Source: Patescibacteria group bacterium
Lineage (GTDB): Bacteria; Patescibacteriota; Patescibacteriia; Patescibacteriales; UBA12465
Assembly: GCA_041661685.1 (NCBI GenBank)
Contig: JBAZTY010000001.1
Location: 128,691 to 192,690 of the forward strand
Reading direction: 5' to 3'
DNA: 64,000 nucleotides
The notes under the pieces are model-generated. The model saw only the letters and a list, made by a program, of their open reading frames with translations. It searched no databases and was not told the origin of the DNA. Below, piece after piece: positions 1 through 9,321 of this stretch. How positions within the stretch are numbered: the first letter of the stretch is position 1; the number at the start of each line of letters is the position of its first letter. A program made the position numbers and the translations under genes.

Positions 1-1404
1 GCTCGTTCCGAAGCCGTCGCCGAAATGGTTTATGAATTATTTTTAGATTTGGGAGCGACTGACGAACAATTAGATTTTCCGGTAATTTACGCTGCCGCGA
101 AACAGGGTTTTGCTAAGCGTAATCTGACTGATGAATCTGATAATTTATTCCCGCTTTTAGATTTAGTCTTAGAACATGTTTCTCCAGCCTCTAGCCCGGA
201 GTTAGAAACCAAACAATTATTGGCTCAGCCTTTTAATTTAGCTTATGATAATTTTTTAGGACGCTTGGCTATTTGCCGCGTCTATGAAGGAAAAATAAAA
301 GTGGGTCAGACTGTTTTCGTTGAAAATCTTAACGGCCAGACTCGCCAGGGCAAGACCACGAAATTATTTACTTTCAAGGGCATCGGCCGCCAGGAAGTGA
401 GCGAAGCCGTTGCCGGTGATATCGTTATGGTAGCCGGTTTGCCTGATATTTATATCGGTGAAACTATCGCTGAATCCGCCGATCAATCTCCGCTTCCGGC
501 CATTAAGATCGATGAACCGACTATCTCTTTGAATTTTTTAGTTAATAATTCGCCCTTTGCCGGTAAAGAAGGAAAATACGTCACTAACCGCCAGATCAAG
601 GAACGCCTGGAAAAAGAATTAGAAGTCAACGTCGGCTTGAAGATTGATTTTTCTGACACGAATTCTTATGTAGTCTATGGCCGCGGCGAATTACATATCG
701 CGATCTTATTAGAAAATTTACGCCGTGAAAATTATGAGCTTCAGGTCTCTCAGCCTCAGGTTATTATCAGAGAAGAAAATGGCGTGAAGATGGAACCTTA
801 TGAAGAAGTGACGATCGATATTCCGGAAGCGCAGACTGGCGTCGTTATGGAAAAGATTTCCAAGCGCAAAGGCTTGATGACGGATATGAAAAATCATAAC
901 GGCCAGGCGCGCTTGATTTTCAACATGCCGACTCGCGGCCTGCTCGGTTATCGGAATGAATTTGTCGTTGATACTCGCGGCGAAGGTATCTTATGCACGC
1001 ATTTTTCCGGTTTTCAGTCTTATGCCGGAGAAATCGAAAGAACTACTTTAGGTTCTATGGTGTCCATGATTACCGGCAAGTCTTTAGCTTTTTCTTTATG
1101 GAATTTACAAGATAGGGGTGCTTTATATATCGCCCCGAATACCGAAGTCTATGAAGGCATGGTCGTCGGCAATGTTACCAAAGGCAATGACATGACCGTT
1201 AATCCGATCAAGGGCAAGCAGCTAACCAATGTCCGCTCTTCTGGCAATGATGAAGCGATTATTCTTACCCCGCCTTTAGAATTAACTTTAGAGCGCGCCT
1301 TGAGCATCATGAATAGAGATGAATATTTGGAGATTACTCCTAAAAGCGTCCGTTTACGCAAGATGTTCTTAACTGAGAACGATCGCGTTAAAGCTAAACG
1401 TTAA
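1..1404 (+). CDS. typA: Translational GTPase TypA/BipA, C-terminal part (5' end lies outside the window)
   Basis: Frame 1 is open from base 1 (ARSEAVAE precedes the listed Met at 25). Translation shows BipA-type motifs EPTISLNFLVNNSPFAGKEGKYVT and GELHIAILLENLRRE, plus the C-terminal TPKSVRLRK tail. Confidence 0.9.
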   Translation, partial: ARSEAVAEMVYELFLDLGATDEQLDFPVIYAAAKQGFAKRNLTDESDNLFPLLDLVLEHVSPASSPELETKQLLAQPFNLAYDNFLGRLAICRVYEGKIKVGQTVFVENLNGQTRQGKTTKLFTFKGIGRQEVSEAVAGDIVMVAGLPDIYIGETIAESADQSPLPAIKIDEPTISLNFLVNNSPFAGKEGKYVTNRQIKERLEKELEVNVGLKIDFSDTNSYVVYGRGELHIAILLENLRRENYELQVSQPQVIIREENGVKMEPYEEVTIDIPEAQTGVVMEKISKRKGLMTDMKNHNGQARLIFNMPTRGLLGYRNEFVVDTRGEGILCTHFSGFQSYAGEIERTTLGSMVSMITGKSLAFSLWNLQDRGALYIAPNTEVYEGMVVGNVTKGNDMTVNPIKGKQLTNVRSSGNDEAIILTPPLELTLERALSIMNRDEYLEITPKSVRLRKMFLTENDRVKAKR

Positions 1405-1414
1405 GCTTCTTCAG

Positions 1415-2341
1415 ATGACTGCGTCAAAGCCTAACGCTAAGATATTAGCTCTCAAAATAGCAATCTTCTTAATCGTCGCCGCCGGACTTTTCTGGCTGGC
1501 GGATTTTTACGCGCGCGCCAATAATATCGATAGCGTTAATCCCGCCGTTTCGAAGGTTTCTGAAGCGGTTTCTTCTGGTATTGCTAAGCCGATCATTGAG
1601 ATGGCAACATCTTCTAGTCCCATAGCGTCTTCTAGCCTGATAGCCTCATCGACTCTCAAGCGCGCCGCTTATGTCCATGCGCCTATCCTGATGTATCATT
1701 ATATTTCCGCAGCGCCGGCCACGACGACTCTGCCTGGGCTTTATCTTGATCCGGCGATATTTGAAGGCCAACTCCAGGAAATACTCAAGGGTGGCTATCA
1801 GACTGTCTTCATGTCCGAATTATCTAGAAATATTCTTAGTGGCACGGCCGAAAAAGAGAAGGCTATCGCTTTGACTTTTGATGACGGCTATGAAGATTTT
1901 TATACTAATACTTTTCCTTTGCTTAAGAAATATAATCTTAAGAGCACTTTTTACGTTATCGTGAATGCGCTCGACAAGCCGGGTTATGTCACTAGAGTCC
2001 AGCTCCAGGAAATGGCGGCAAGCGGCTTCGTCGAAATCGGCTCCCATACTTTTAATCATCCTGATCTGCGCTTAAAAAAAGAGGCGGACGCTATCTTCGA
2101 AATAAAGGGCAGTAAGGCCGAGCTGGAAAAGATAATCGGCCGCTCGGTCCTGACTTTCGCTTATCCTTACGGCTACTATAATTATCAGATCCTAGAAATA
2201 ACGAAGACCGCTGGTTATCTCAGCGCCGTTTCTGTTATTCCCGGATCATATCATAAGCCGGATAACGCTTGGCTCATTACTCGTTTGCGCCCGGGCAGCT
2301 GGAGCGGGGAAGAATTCGCGGGCTGGCTGAAGAGAAATTAA
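1415..2341 (+). CDS. Polysaccharide deacetylase (NodB-homology domain), membrane anchored
   Basis: N-terminal TM helix, then NodB motifs ALTFDDGYEDFY and EIGSHTFNHPDL. Confidence 0.8.
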   Translation: MTASKPNAKILALKIAIFLIVAAGLFWLADFYARANNIDSVNPAVSKVSEAVSSGIAKPIIEMATSSSPIASSSLIASSTLKRAAYVHAPILMYHYISAAPATTTLPGLYLDPAIFEGQLQEILKGGYQTVFMSELSRNILSGTAEKEKAIALTFDDGYEDFYTNTFPLLKKYNLKSTFYVIVNALDKPGYVTRVQLQEMAASGFVEIGSHTFNHPDLRLKKEADAIFEIKGSKAELEKIIGRSVLTFAYPYGYYNYQILEITKTAGYLSAVSVIPGSYHKPDNAWLITRLRPGSWSGEEFAGWLKRN

Positions 2342-2346
2342 TTTTT

Positions 2347-2378
2347 TTAAAAAGCCTCTTTAAGAGGCTTTTTGTTTT
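2347..2378 (+). terminator. Intrinsic terminator after the deacetylase gene
   Basis: aaagcctctt/aagaggcttt stem followed by a T-run. Confidence 0.7.
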
Positions 2379-2533
2379 TAGCTAATTACATTTCTACATG
2401 TTTAATTGTGTCGAGAGGATACTTATTTTCTTTCAGCCAGTCCAAAATTATTATATAGGCACGGTTAGATATAAATTCTTCCTGTTTCATTAGAATTAGT
2501 AAAAATCAAGAATAGTTGATTAATGGTCGAAGA

Positions 2534-2562
2534 TTGCGAAATCGTGATTTTTGTGCTATAAT
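2534..2562 (+). promoter_or_regulatory. Sigma-70-type promoter with extended -10 (TTGCGA-17 nt-TGcTATAAT)
   Basis: ttgcga at 2534-2539 and tgctataat at 2554-2562, about 55 nt upstream of the LemA start. Confidence 0.5.
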
Positions 2563-2618
2563 ATTTTCAGCTTTAAAAGCGTTGTTTAACGCTTTTTATT
2601 AACTAATCAACAACAAAT

Positions 2619-3188
2619 ATGAAAAAAACCGTGTGGATTGCCATTATCGCCGTTGTCGTGATAATCGGCGCTTGGTTCTGGAGTTCTTATAATAGCTTAG
2701 TGACCGCCAATGAAGGCGTTGATAATCAATGGGCGCAAGTTCAGACGCAGTATCAGAGACGTTTTGATCTTATTCCTAATCTCGTCGGTTCCGTCAAAGG
2801 CGCGATGGCTCAGGAGCAGTCCGTCTTTGATGCCTTAGCTGAAGCGCGCACTAAGTATAGCGGCGCGACTAGCGTCAATGATAAGGCTGCGGCCGCTACC
2901 CAGGTAGAGGGCGCTTTAGGCCGCTTATTAGTCGTCATGGAAAATTACCCTCAGCTTAAGTCTATTGATACTGTCCAAACTTTGATGGCGCAATTAGAAG
3001 GTACGGAAAATCGTATCAGCGTCGAACGCAGCCGCTTCAATGATGAAGTTAAGGCTTTTAACGTGATGATCAAGCGTTTCCCGACCAATATGATTGCTGG
3101 CATGTTCGGTTTCGCGGAGAAGACTTATTTTGAAGTTTCCGCCGCCGCCGCGGCCGCTCCGACAGTCGATTTACAGGTAACCAAATAA
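2619..3188 (+). CDS. LemA family membrane protein
   Basis: N-terminal TM helix plus LemA signatures (NSLVTANEGVDNQWAQVQTQYQRRFDLIPNLV, RISVERSRFNDEVKAFN). Paired with a downstream TPM-domain gene, as is typical. Confidence 0.85.
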   Translation: MKKTVWIAIIAVVVIIGAWFWSSYNSLVTANEGVDNQWAQVQTQYQRRFDLIPNLVGSVKGAMAQEQSVFDALAEARTKYSGATSVNDKAAAATQVEGALGRLLVVMENYPQLKSIDTVQTLMAQLEGTENRISVERSRFNDEVKAFNVMIKRFPTNMIAGMFGFAEKTYFEVSAAAAAAPTVDLQVTK

Positions 3189-3227
3189 GAAGCTTAACAT
3201 CCCTTAACCAGCCTTAATTAATCGCTT

Positions 3228-4145
3228 ATGTGGCGTCGCGCGCTGACAATCTTTAGTCTAGCTTTATTCTTAGCGGCCGGTTTTTCGGCCCGGGCTTATT
3301 ATAACCCGGGCAAGCCGGTCTCTTTTGTTAATGATTACGCCGGCGTTTTAAAAACCGAAGAGGTTACGGCCTTGAATAATAAGTTGAGCCAGTTCAATGC
3401 CACGACTTCTAATGAGATCGCGGTCGTCGTCATCAAGAGCTTACAAGGAGACACGATTGAAAATTTTGCCGTTAAGCTATTTGCGGACTGGGGAATAGGG
3501 AAGGAGAAGAAAGACAATGGCGTCTTGTTGCTCATCGCGATCGATGACCGGCAGATGCGCATCGAGACTGGGTATGGCTTAGAGGGCGCTTTGCCGGATG
3601 CGACTACTTTCCAGATTATTAGTAAGACCTTAAAGCCGGCTTTCCAAAATAATGATTATTATGGCGGAATAGATCAGGCCGCTGATGATATCATAGCGGC
3701 GACCAAAGGGGAATATAGCGCCGCTGCGGCCGCTCCTAGTTCCATCCCTGGATTCGCAAAGAATCTGAGCTTTGACACAATTTTCTTTATCATCATTGCC
3801 ATCTTTTATCTGCTTTCGGCTTTATGGCGTTTCTTGGCTAAGAGCAAGAGCTGGTGGCAGGGAGGAGCGCTCGGCGGGGCGATCGGACTGATTATCGCCT
3901 TGATTTTTTTCAGAACTTTATTAGTCTTGATCATATTGCCGGCCGTTATCGGCGTCTTCGGCTTATTATTTGATTTTCTCGTTTCTCGCGTCTTGCCCCA
4001 GCCGAGTCCGATTAAGCAAGGCCGGAATAATCTCTGGTTCTTCGGTGGCGGAGGCGGTAATGGCTTCGGCGGATCGTCTGGCGGAGGTTTCGGCGGTTTC
4101 GGCGGCGGCATGTCGGGCGGCGGCGGATCGTCCGGGAGTTGGTAA
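3228..4145 (+). CDS. TPM-domain (YgcG-like) membrane protein with a Gly-rich C-terminal tail
   Basis: Signal/TM segment, TPM motifs (VNDYAGVL, NEIAVVVIKSL, VLLLIAIDDRQMRIETGYGLEG), TM helices, then GGGGGNGFGGSSGGGFGGFGGG. Confidence 0.8.
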   Translation: MWRRALTIFSLALFLAAGFSARAYYNPGKPVSFVNDYAGVLKTEEVTALNNKLSQFNATTSNEIAVVVIKSLQGDTIENFAVKLFADWGIGKEKKDNGVLLLIAIDDRQMRIETGYGLEGALPDATTFQIISKTLKPAFQNNDYYGGIDQAADDIIAATKGEYSAAAAAPSSIPGFAKNLSFDTIFFIIIAIFYLLSALWRFLAKSKSWWQGGALGGAIGLIIALIFFRTLLVLIILPAVIGVFGLLFDFLVSRVLPQPSPIKQGRNNLWFFGGGGGNGFGGSSGGGFGGFGGGMSGGGGSSGSW

Positions 4146-4183
4146 AATAATCTTAAGATAATCTATAGAAGGTAAAAATAAAA

Positions 4184-4212
4184 AACCGGAGCATTCGCTT
4201 CGGTTTTTTTTT
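4184..4212. terminator. Bidirectional intrinsic terminator between convergent genes
   Basis: aaccggagc-attc-gcttcggtt hairpin flanked by an A-run and a T-run. Confidence 0.65.
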
Positions 4213-4218
4213 ATAAAT

Positions 4219-4599
4219 TTATCTCTTTTCTTTCTTCTGGCAAGGGTCAGGCCTAGCCATGAAGTGCAGATATTGGCCGAGATTTATTCCGCTACCATTT
4301 CCGGTAGGGGTTTCAGTATCTAATACCCGGCCGATGTTCATTTCTATCTCATTGGTCAATTTATAGAAATCATCATCTGTCGCGCAAAAACGGAATTCTT
4401 CTTTATCTTCCGTCAGATGAGCTGAGAGCAAGGTGGCAAGATTTTCATCGCCGTCCTTAAAAGCTTCACTGATGATCCTCATATGATATAATATCATATA
4501 GCAATCATTTTCATTTTTTTGAGAATCGCCCAAGAGCTTATGCGCTCTTTCCAGGAATTTTCTGAGTTCCTTTTCCGCTGATATCTGGTTCGTGCTCAT
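4219..4599 (-). CDS. Hypothetical protein (126 aa)
   Basis: Clean ORF between the terminator and the divergent rlmH gene. No recognisable motif. Confidence 0.5.
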   Translation of the reverse strand: MSTNQISAEKELRKFLERAHKLLGDSQKNENDCYMILYHMRIISEAFKDGDENLATLLSAHLTEDKEEFRFCATDDDFYKLTNEIEMNIGRVLDTETPTGNGSGINLGQYLHFMARPDPCQKKEKR

Positions 4600-4655
4600 T
4601 TGTTAAAGAATTGGTTTGTTCATATATTACTATTTTTCATATTTTTGTCAAATTT

Positions 4656-5126
4656 ATGTTAGATATCACTCTCATCGCTGTTGGAAAAATAAAAGAATCT
4701 TTTTGGCGTGACGCTTTTGAAGAATATGCTAAGCGCCTTAAGCCTTATGTTCGGTTAAAGATTATAGAGCTACCCCCGGAGCCTTTTTCTAAAAGCACGA
4801 AAGAAAAAGTTAAAGAGATAGAAGGAAAGAGGATCATGGGTTATCTGGAAAAGCAGAGCCATGAATCGGGCGCATCTTTAGTCTATCTTTTGGCCGAACG
4901 CGGCCGAACCTTTGATTCTCCGACTCTGGCTGGCTGGCTGGAAAAGAATTCACCCCTAGTTTTAATCATCGGTGGCGCTTTAGGTTTTTCTGAGGAATTG
5001 TATGGGCGCTATCCTCAGATCTCTTTGTCGCTTCTGACTTTCCCGCATGAGCTAGCGCGCGTCGTCCTAATGGAACAGCTTTATCGCGCGGCCGCTATCT
5101 TAAACGGGAAAGAATACCATTATTAA
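4656..5126 (+). CDS. rlmH: 23S rRNA (pseudouridine1915-N3)-methyltransferase RlmH (SPOUT)
   Basis: MLDITLIAVGKIKE start and the GGALGFSEEL / LTFPHELARVVLMEQLYRA C-terminus are typical of RlmH. The ATG at 4656 is preferred over the TTG at 4611 given in the ORF track. Confidence 0.85.
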   Translation: MLDITLIAVGKIKESFWRDAFEEYAKRLKPYVRLKIIELPPEPFSKSTKEKVKEIEGKRIMGYLEKQSHESGASLVYLLAERGRTFDSPTLAGWLEKNSPLVLIIGGALGFSEELYGRYPQISLSLLTFPHELARVVLMEQLYRAAAILNGKEYHY

Positions 5127-5134
5127 TTAGAAAT

Positions 5135-5848
5135 ATGTCCGATTTGCCAAAATTGATCAAGGAAATCAAGAGTCATGAAAATAAACTCCAAGCCTCTATT
5201 TTGCAGCGTTTTTTTAAGACCGGTCCGAGCCAGTATGGCGAGGGAGACCTGTTTCTAGGCTTAAAAGTGCCTCTTCAGCGGCTTTTAGCCCGTAAATATG
5301 CCTATCTGTCCTTAAAAGACGTCGAGACGCTCCTGGCGAGTAAAATCCATGAGTTTCGGCTGGTCGGCTTGTTAATTTTAGTGGATAAATACGAAAAGGC
5401 GGGGAACAGAGGCGATAAGAAGAAAATTGTCGATTTTTATCTGGACCAGGTCAATCGCGTTAATAATTGGGATCTTGTCGATTTGTCGGTCTATAAGATT
5501 TTGGGAGATTTTCTTTTGGCGGAAAAAAATGCTTTGCAAGTATTAAAGCGCTTAGCCGGATCCAGGAATCTCTGGGAACGGCGCATGGCTATGGTGGCGA
5601 CTTATGCTTTTATCAAGAAAGGGCAGGCCGAGAAGACTATCCTGATAGCTGAGAGGTTGATAAAAGATGAGCATGATCTGATGCATAAAGCGGTCGGCTG
5701 GATGCTTAGAGAAATGGGCAAGCGGATAGATAAGAAGATTTTAACCGATTTTCTGGACAAACATTATCGTCGTCTGCCTCGGACGGCGCTGCGCTACGCC
5801 ATCGAGCGTCTTAGTCCGCGGGAAAGGGATCGCTATCTCGCTAAATAA
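5135..5848 (+). CDS. DNA alkylation repair protein (AlkD/AlkC-like HEAT-repeat glycosylase family)
   Basis: FFKTGPSQYGEGDLFLGLKVP, WDLVD and MHKAVGWMLRE motifs characteristic of the family. Confidence 0.75.
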   Translation: MSDLPKLIKEIKSHENKLQASILQRFFKTGPSQYGEGDLFLGLKVPLQRLLARKYAYLSLKDVETLLASKIHEFRLVGLLILVDKYEKAGNRGDKKKIVDFYLDQVNRVNNWDLVDLSVYKILGDFLLAEKNALQVLKRLAGSRNLWERRMAMVATYAFIKKGQAEKTILIAERLIKDEHDLMHKAVGWMLREMGKRIDKKILTDFLDKHYRRLPRTALRYAIERLSPRERDRYLAK

Positions 5849-5879
5849 GCTCCGATTTTATTGTAGTTTTTTAGAGACG

Positions 5880-5888
5880 TGTTATAAT
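5880..5888 (+). promoter_or_regulatory. Extended -10 promoter element TGtTATAAT
   Basis: tgttataat lies 5 nt upstream of the long inverted repeat and 135 nt upstream of the 6024 start. Confidence 0.45.
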
Positions 5889-5892
5889 AAAA

Positions 5893-5999
5893 TAAGATTT
5901 TTTAGTACTTTATCGCTTAGATGATTTCTGTGGCAAAATTATTTATTAATAATTTTGCGCTACGAAATCATATGCGCTCAAAAGTACTAAAAAATCTTA
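5893..5999 (+). repeat. 107-nt near-perfect extended hairpin / inverted repeat in the leader of the SIMPL-domain gene
   Basis: Outer 19-bp perfect arms taagattttttagtacttt / aaagtactaaaaaatctta. Inner arms atgatttc/gaaatcat and gcaaaattatt/aataattttgc around a 4-nt loop. Confidence 0.8.
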
Positions 6000-6023
6000 G
6001 TAATAAATTTATTAAAAAATTAT

Positions 6024-6821
6024 ATGAAAGACGACAAAAAATGTTGCGAAGAAAAGGGCTGCGCTTGCAGCTGCTATAGCCATAAGCGCCGCGGCGCTGT
6101 GAAGATTATTGGCATAATCTTATTGGCCGCAATCGTCATCGTCGCCATTCTGCGTGATCGTATCGTTAATCAGCAATTTAAATCCGTAACTATCACTGGC
6201 CAAGGAAAAGTCACTTATACTCCAGATCTCGCGATATTAAATCTCGGCGTTCAAATCGATAAGGTCGCTAAGCCGGAAGACGCTCTAAACCAGCTGAATA
6301 CTAAGGTTTCTAATATTATTACGGCTGTGACTGCTGTTGGTGTCTCGCCAGCAGATATCCAGACTCAGAATTATTCCTTGTATCCGCAGTATGATTATAA
6401 GGATAATGTTTCGACTGTTTCCGGGTATAACGCCAATGAACAATTAGTAATCAAAGTCAGCGGCTATGATAAGGACCAGAACAGATTGAGCCAGGTCATC
6501 GCGGCCGCCTCTAAGGCCGGAGCTAATCAGGTTAATAGCTTATCCTTTGATGCTTCGAACATGAATGATTTGAAGCAGGAGGCTCGTGTCAAAGCGATAG
6601 CCGATGCTAAAGCGAAGAGCACGGCCTTGGCTGATAGCGCCGGCGTTCGTTTGCAAGATATCACGGGCTGGTATGAGAACATGGTCAACCCGATGCCGAT
6701 GTATAGCACGGCTGACTACGGCAAGGGCGACCTAGGAGCGGGTGGGGCGGTGGCGCCGCAGACCCCGGCCGGAGATCGCGAAGTAATCATTGAGATCGGA
6801 GTGACTTATAATATCAAATAA
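6024..6821 (+). CDS. SIMPL/DUF541-domain protein with a Cys-rich N-terminal tail and a TM anchor
   Basis: CCEEKGCACSC, then a TM helix, then DUF541-like VTITGQGKVTYTPDLAILNLGVQ and GDREVIIEIGVTYNI. Confidence 0.7.
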   Translation: MKDDKKCCEEKGCACSCYSHKRRGAVKIIGIILLAAIVIVAILRDRIVNQQFKSVTITGQGKVTYTPDLAILNLGVQIDKVAKPEDALNQLNTKVSNIITAVTAVGVSPADIQTQNYSLYPQYDYKDNVSTVSGYNANEQLVIKVSGYDKDQNRLSQVIAAASKAGANQVNSLSFDASNMNDLKQEARVKAIADAKAKSTALADSAGVRLQDITGWYENMVNPMPMYSTADYGKGDLGAGGAVAPQTPAGDREVIIEIGVTYNIK

Positions 6822-6840
6822 CATCAAATACTAAACCATT

Positions 6841-9309
6841 ATGAATGGCAATGGCAATTCGGATTCTAACCGTAGTCCCTTGGTTGGCAAGACGGTTCTG
6901 ATAGTCAATACTTCCGGAGCGAATGATCCTCTGCATTCCAAGAAGCTTTTTATCAAGAAAGTGAAGAATCTGGGAGTGAAGATTATCATTCTCAGCAAGG
7001 AAGCCAATAGCTTCCAGCCCTATGTCGATTATTCGATTTCGGCTGATACTTCTAATTATGCGGAATCCTTGGGCGCGCTGGATAAATTTTTAAGCAATAA
7101 TCCGGGTGTTAAGATGGATGGAGTCTTGACGTTCTTAGAAGATGACGTCTTGCTGACTGCTAAGATTGCCGATAAATATCATCTCATCAATATTCCTTAT
7201 AGAGTCGTGGCTCAGGTTAGGAATAAATATGCTTTTCGAGAATTTTGTGCGGCTAATAATCTGCCGACCTTGAAATTCAAGGCTTTGAAGAATAATAAGG
7301 ATTTGGAAGAAGCCATGAAGCTTTTGAATTTTCCAATGGTGGTGAAGCCGGCCTATGGCGCGGCTAGCGCTTTTGTCGTGAAAGTGAATAATGAAGAAGA
7401 ACTGCGCGAGAGCTATGATTATATCAAGAAGACTATCTCGTCGAAAATAGAATCGGCTTTGGCCGATGGCTTAGAGGTCTTTGTAGAAGAATATATCGAC
7501 GGCGATGAGGTTGATCTCGATATCCTCATCCAGAATGGCAAGATAAAATTCTGCGCCCTGTCTGATAATGGTAAGACTAAGGAGCCTTTTTTTATTGAAA
7601 CGACTCGTGTGACGCCATCTAGTCTGCCGCCGAAGCATCAGGCCGAGCTGATTGCTATGGCTGATGAAACCTTGGAAAAATTAGGAGTCTTGAATGGCTG
7701 TATTCATTTTGAAGCGAAGGCGACGGCCACCGGTCCTATTCCGTTAGAGATAAATTTGCGCTTGGGCGGCGATGAAGTTTATCCGAGTGTTAAGGCCGCT
7801 TGGCATATCGACTTAATCGAGAATACGGTCAAGATTGCTTGCGGCGTCTATATCCCTAAATTCGATTTTCCAGCCGGGCCTTATGAATATTTAGTAGCAG
7901 AAACTTTTTCTTCGGAGCATTCCGGCATCATCGTCAATCTTGATATCGATGAAGATCTTAAGCGCCGCCCTTTCGTCAAGGAATTCCAATTCGAGAAGAA
8001 GATCGGTGATTCTGTGCTCTGTCCGCCGGATGGCTATGAATATCTGGGCTGGGTGCTAGTTTCCGGCCATAATCCGCTCGACGCTCAGGACAACCTGCGC
8101 GAAGCCGAAAAAGCTATCTATTATGAAGTCGCGAAGTTCCATCCGGCTTCTTCTATCGGCAAGACAACGCGCCGCTCGCCGTTCTCGGCTTCGGCTATTA
8201 ATGTTGATATCTTAAAGCGCCGCTCCAAGATTGAAAAAATCCGTAAGATGGCGATTTCTAATCAGCGTAATCTTCATGTCGGTATTGCCTGTAATCTTTA
8301 TGAGGAAGGCGGCGCTGATCAGGAAACGGTTGTGGAAAAAGACCTGACGGTTATCGGCGTGGATATTGAAAAAACTTTAAAAGAGAGGGGCTATAAGATC
8401 AGCTTCTTCGATTTTAATGATTTGCCGAAAGCTTTTAATGATTTGAAGAATAGCGATGTTGATCTGGTTTTTAACGTTTGCGAGCGCATCAATAACTCCA
8501 GCCTTCTGGAGCCGCACGTCGCTTCTATTCTTGATACCTTGCAGATTCCGTATACGGGCTCTAATCCTTTTACGCTCGGTTTATGCATCGATAAGATCCG
8601 CGTTAAGAAACTGCTCAGCTATCATAAGATACCGACCCCGGAATGGGATTATGTCTATTCTATGGACGACGATATCCGCGACGATCTTAAATATCCGCTC
8701 ATCGTCAAGCCGGCTAATACTGATAATTCTATCGGCATCACCAATGATTCCGTCGTCAGGAATAAAGAAGAATTAAATCGCCAGCTGGAGAAAGTTTTGA
8801 AACAGATCGGCCGGCCGGCTTTGATTGAAGAGTATATTGATGGCGATGAATATGATGTGCCGATTATTGGCTCGGAAGAGGACGATTTGCGCATTCTGCC
8901 TTTGGCGCGGTCAATGTTCGATAACCTGCCGTCGAATCTTTGGCATATCTATCCGTTTGAAGCGAAGTATACCGATGGCGGGGAATATAATAAGATCGTG
9001 GTCCAGCGTCCGCCTAAGAATATCGGCAAGAAGCTGGAACAACTCTTAGGAGAGATTGCCCTTGATACCTATAATATTCTGGATTGCCATGATTATGGCC
9101 GCATTGAGATCCGCGTCGATAAGAATAATAATCCTTATGTGCTTGAACTTAATCCTAATCCGTCTTTAGACGCGGAAGGGACCTTTGCCGCTTCAGCTGA
9201 AGTTATCGGCATGGATTACGGCGATTTCTTAGAAGAAATAATCCGCCTCGCTATCAAGCGCTATAAGGACAATCCGCCTTATTACCATCTCCAGCCGAAC
9301 GTGATGTAA
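6841..9309 (+). CDS. Fused double ATP-grasp ligase (N-terminal amino-acid-ligase-like module plus C-terminal Ddl/RimK-like module)
   Basis: Module 1: FPMVVKPAYGAASAFVVKV, VFVEEYIDGDEVDLDILI, LEINLRLGG. Module 2: YPLIVKPANTDNSIGIT, ALIEEYIDGDEYDVPIIG, YVLELNPNPSL. Confidence 0.75.
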   Translation: MNGNGNSDSNRSPLVGKTVLIVNTSGANDPLHSKKLFIKKVKNLGVKIIILSKEANSFQPYVDYSISADTSNYAESLGALDKFLSNNPGVKMDGVLTFLEDDVLLTAKIADKYHLINIPYRVVAQVRNKYAFREFCAANNLPTLKFKALKNNKDLEEAMKLLNFPMVVKPAYGAASAFVVKVNNEEELRESYDYIKKTISSKIESALADGLEVFVEEYIDGDEVDLDILIQNGKIKFCALSDNGKTKEPFFIETTRVTPSSLPPKHQAELIAMADETLEKLGVLNGCIHFEAKATATGPIPLEINLRLGGDEVYPSVKAAWHIDLIENTVKIACGVYIPKFDFPAGPYEYLVAETFSSEHSGIIVNLDIDEDLKRRPFVKEFQFEKKIGDSVLCPPDGYEYLGWVLVSGHNPLDAQDNLREAEKAIYYEVAKFHPASSIGKTTRRSPFSASAINVDILKRRSKIEKIRKMAISNQRNLHVGIACNLYEEGGADQETVVEKDLTVIGVDIEKTLKERGYKISFFDFNDLPKAFNDLKNSDVDLVFNVCERINNSSLLEPHVASILDTLQIPYTGSNPFTLGLCIDKIRVKKLLSYHKIPTPEWDYVYSMDDDIRDDLKYPLIVKPANTDNSIGITNDSVVRNKEELNRQLEKVLKQIGRPALIEEYIDGDEYDVPIIGSEEDDLRILPLARSMFDNLPSNLWHIYPFEAKYTDGGEYNKIVVQRPPKNIGKKLEQLLGEIALDTYNILDCHDYGRIEIRVDKNNNPYVLELNPNPSLDAEGTFAASAEVIGMDYGDFLEEIIRLAIKRYKDNPPYYHLQPNVM

Positions 9310-9321
9310 TCGTTACCTTTT

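Noticed and set aside
2380-2490. A 34-codon minus-strand ORF (MKQEEFISNRAYIIILDWLKENKYPLDTIKHVEM) in the spacer upstream of lemA.
   Set aside because: It is very short, in AT-rich DNA, with no promoter or terminator of its own that I could see. It cannot be supported without homology evidence.
3806-4161. A Pro-rich 101-aa minus-strand ORF and a 63-aa plus-strand ORF overlapping the end of the TPM-domain gene.
   Set aside because: Both are mirror or shifted readings of the GGC/GGT-rich Gly tail. They have no independent signals.
4611-4655. Upstream extensions of ORF-track starts: rlmH at 4611, GT4 at 31139, prfA at 48928, GT2 at 51997 and the recombinase at 58857.
   Set aside because: In each case an internal ATG gives the N-terminus typical of the family ([53 protein letters not shown]). 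The extensions are non-conserved-looking or overlap the upstream gene.
8391-9049. A cluster of small overlapping ORFs on both strands inside the ATP-grasp gene.
   Set aside because: They lie entirely within a long ORF that carries two recognisable ATP-grasp modules, and they have no start or stop context of their own.
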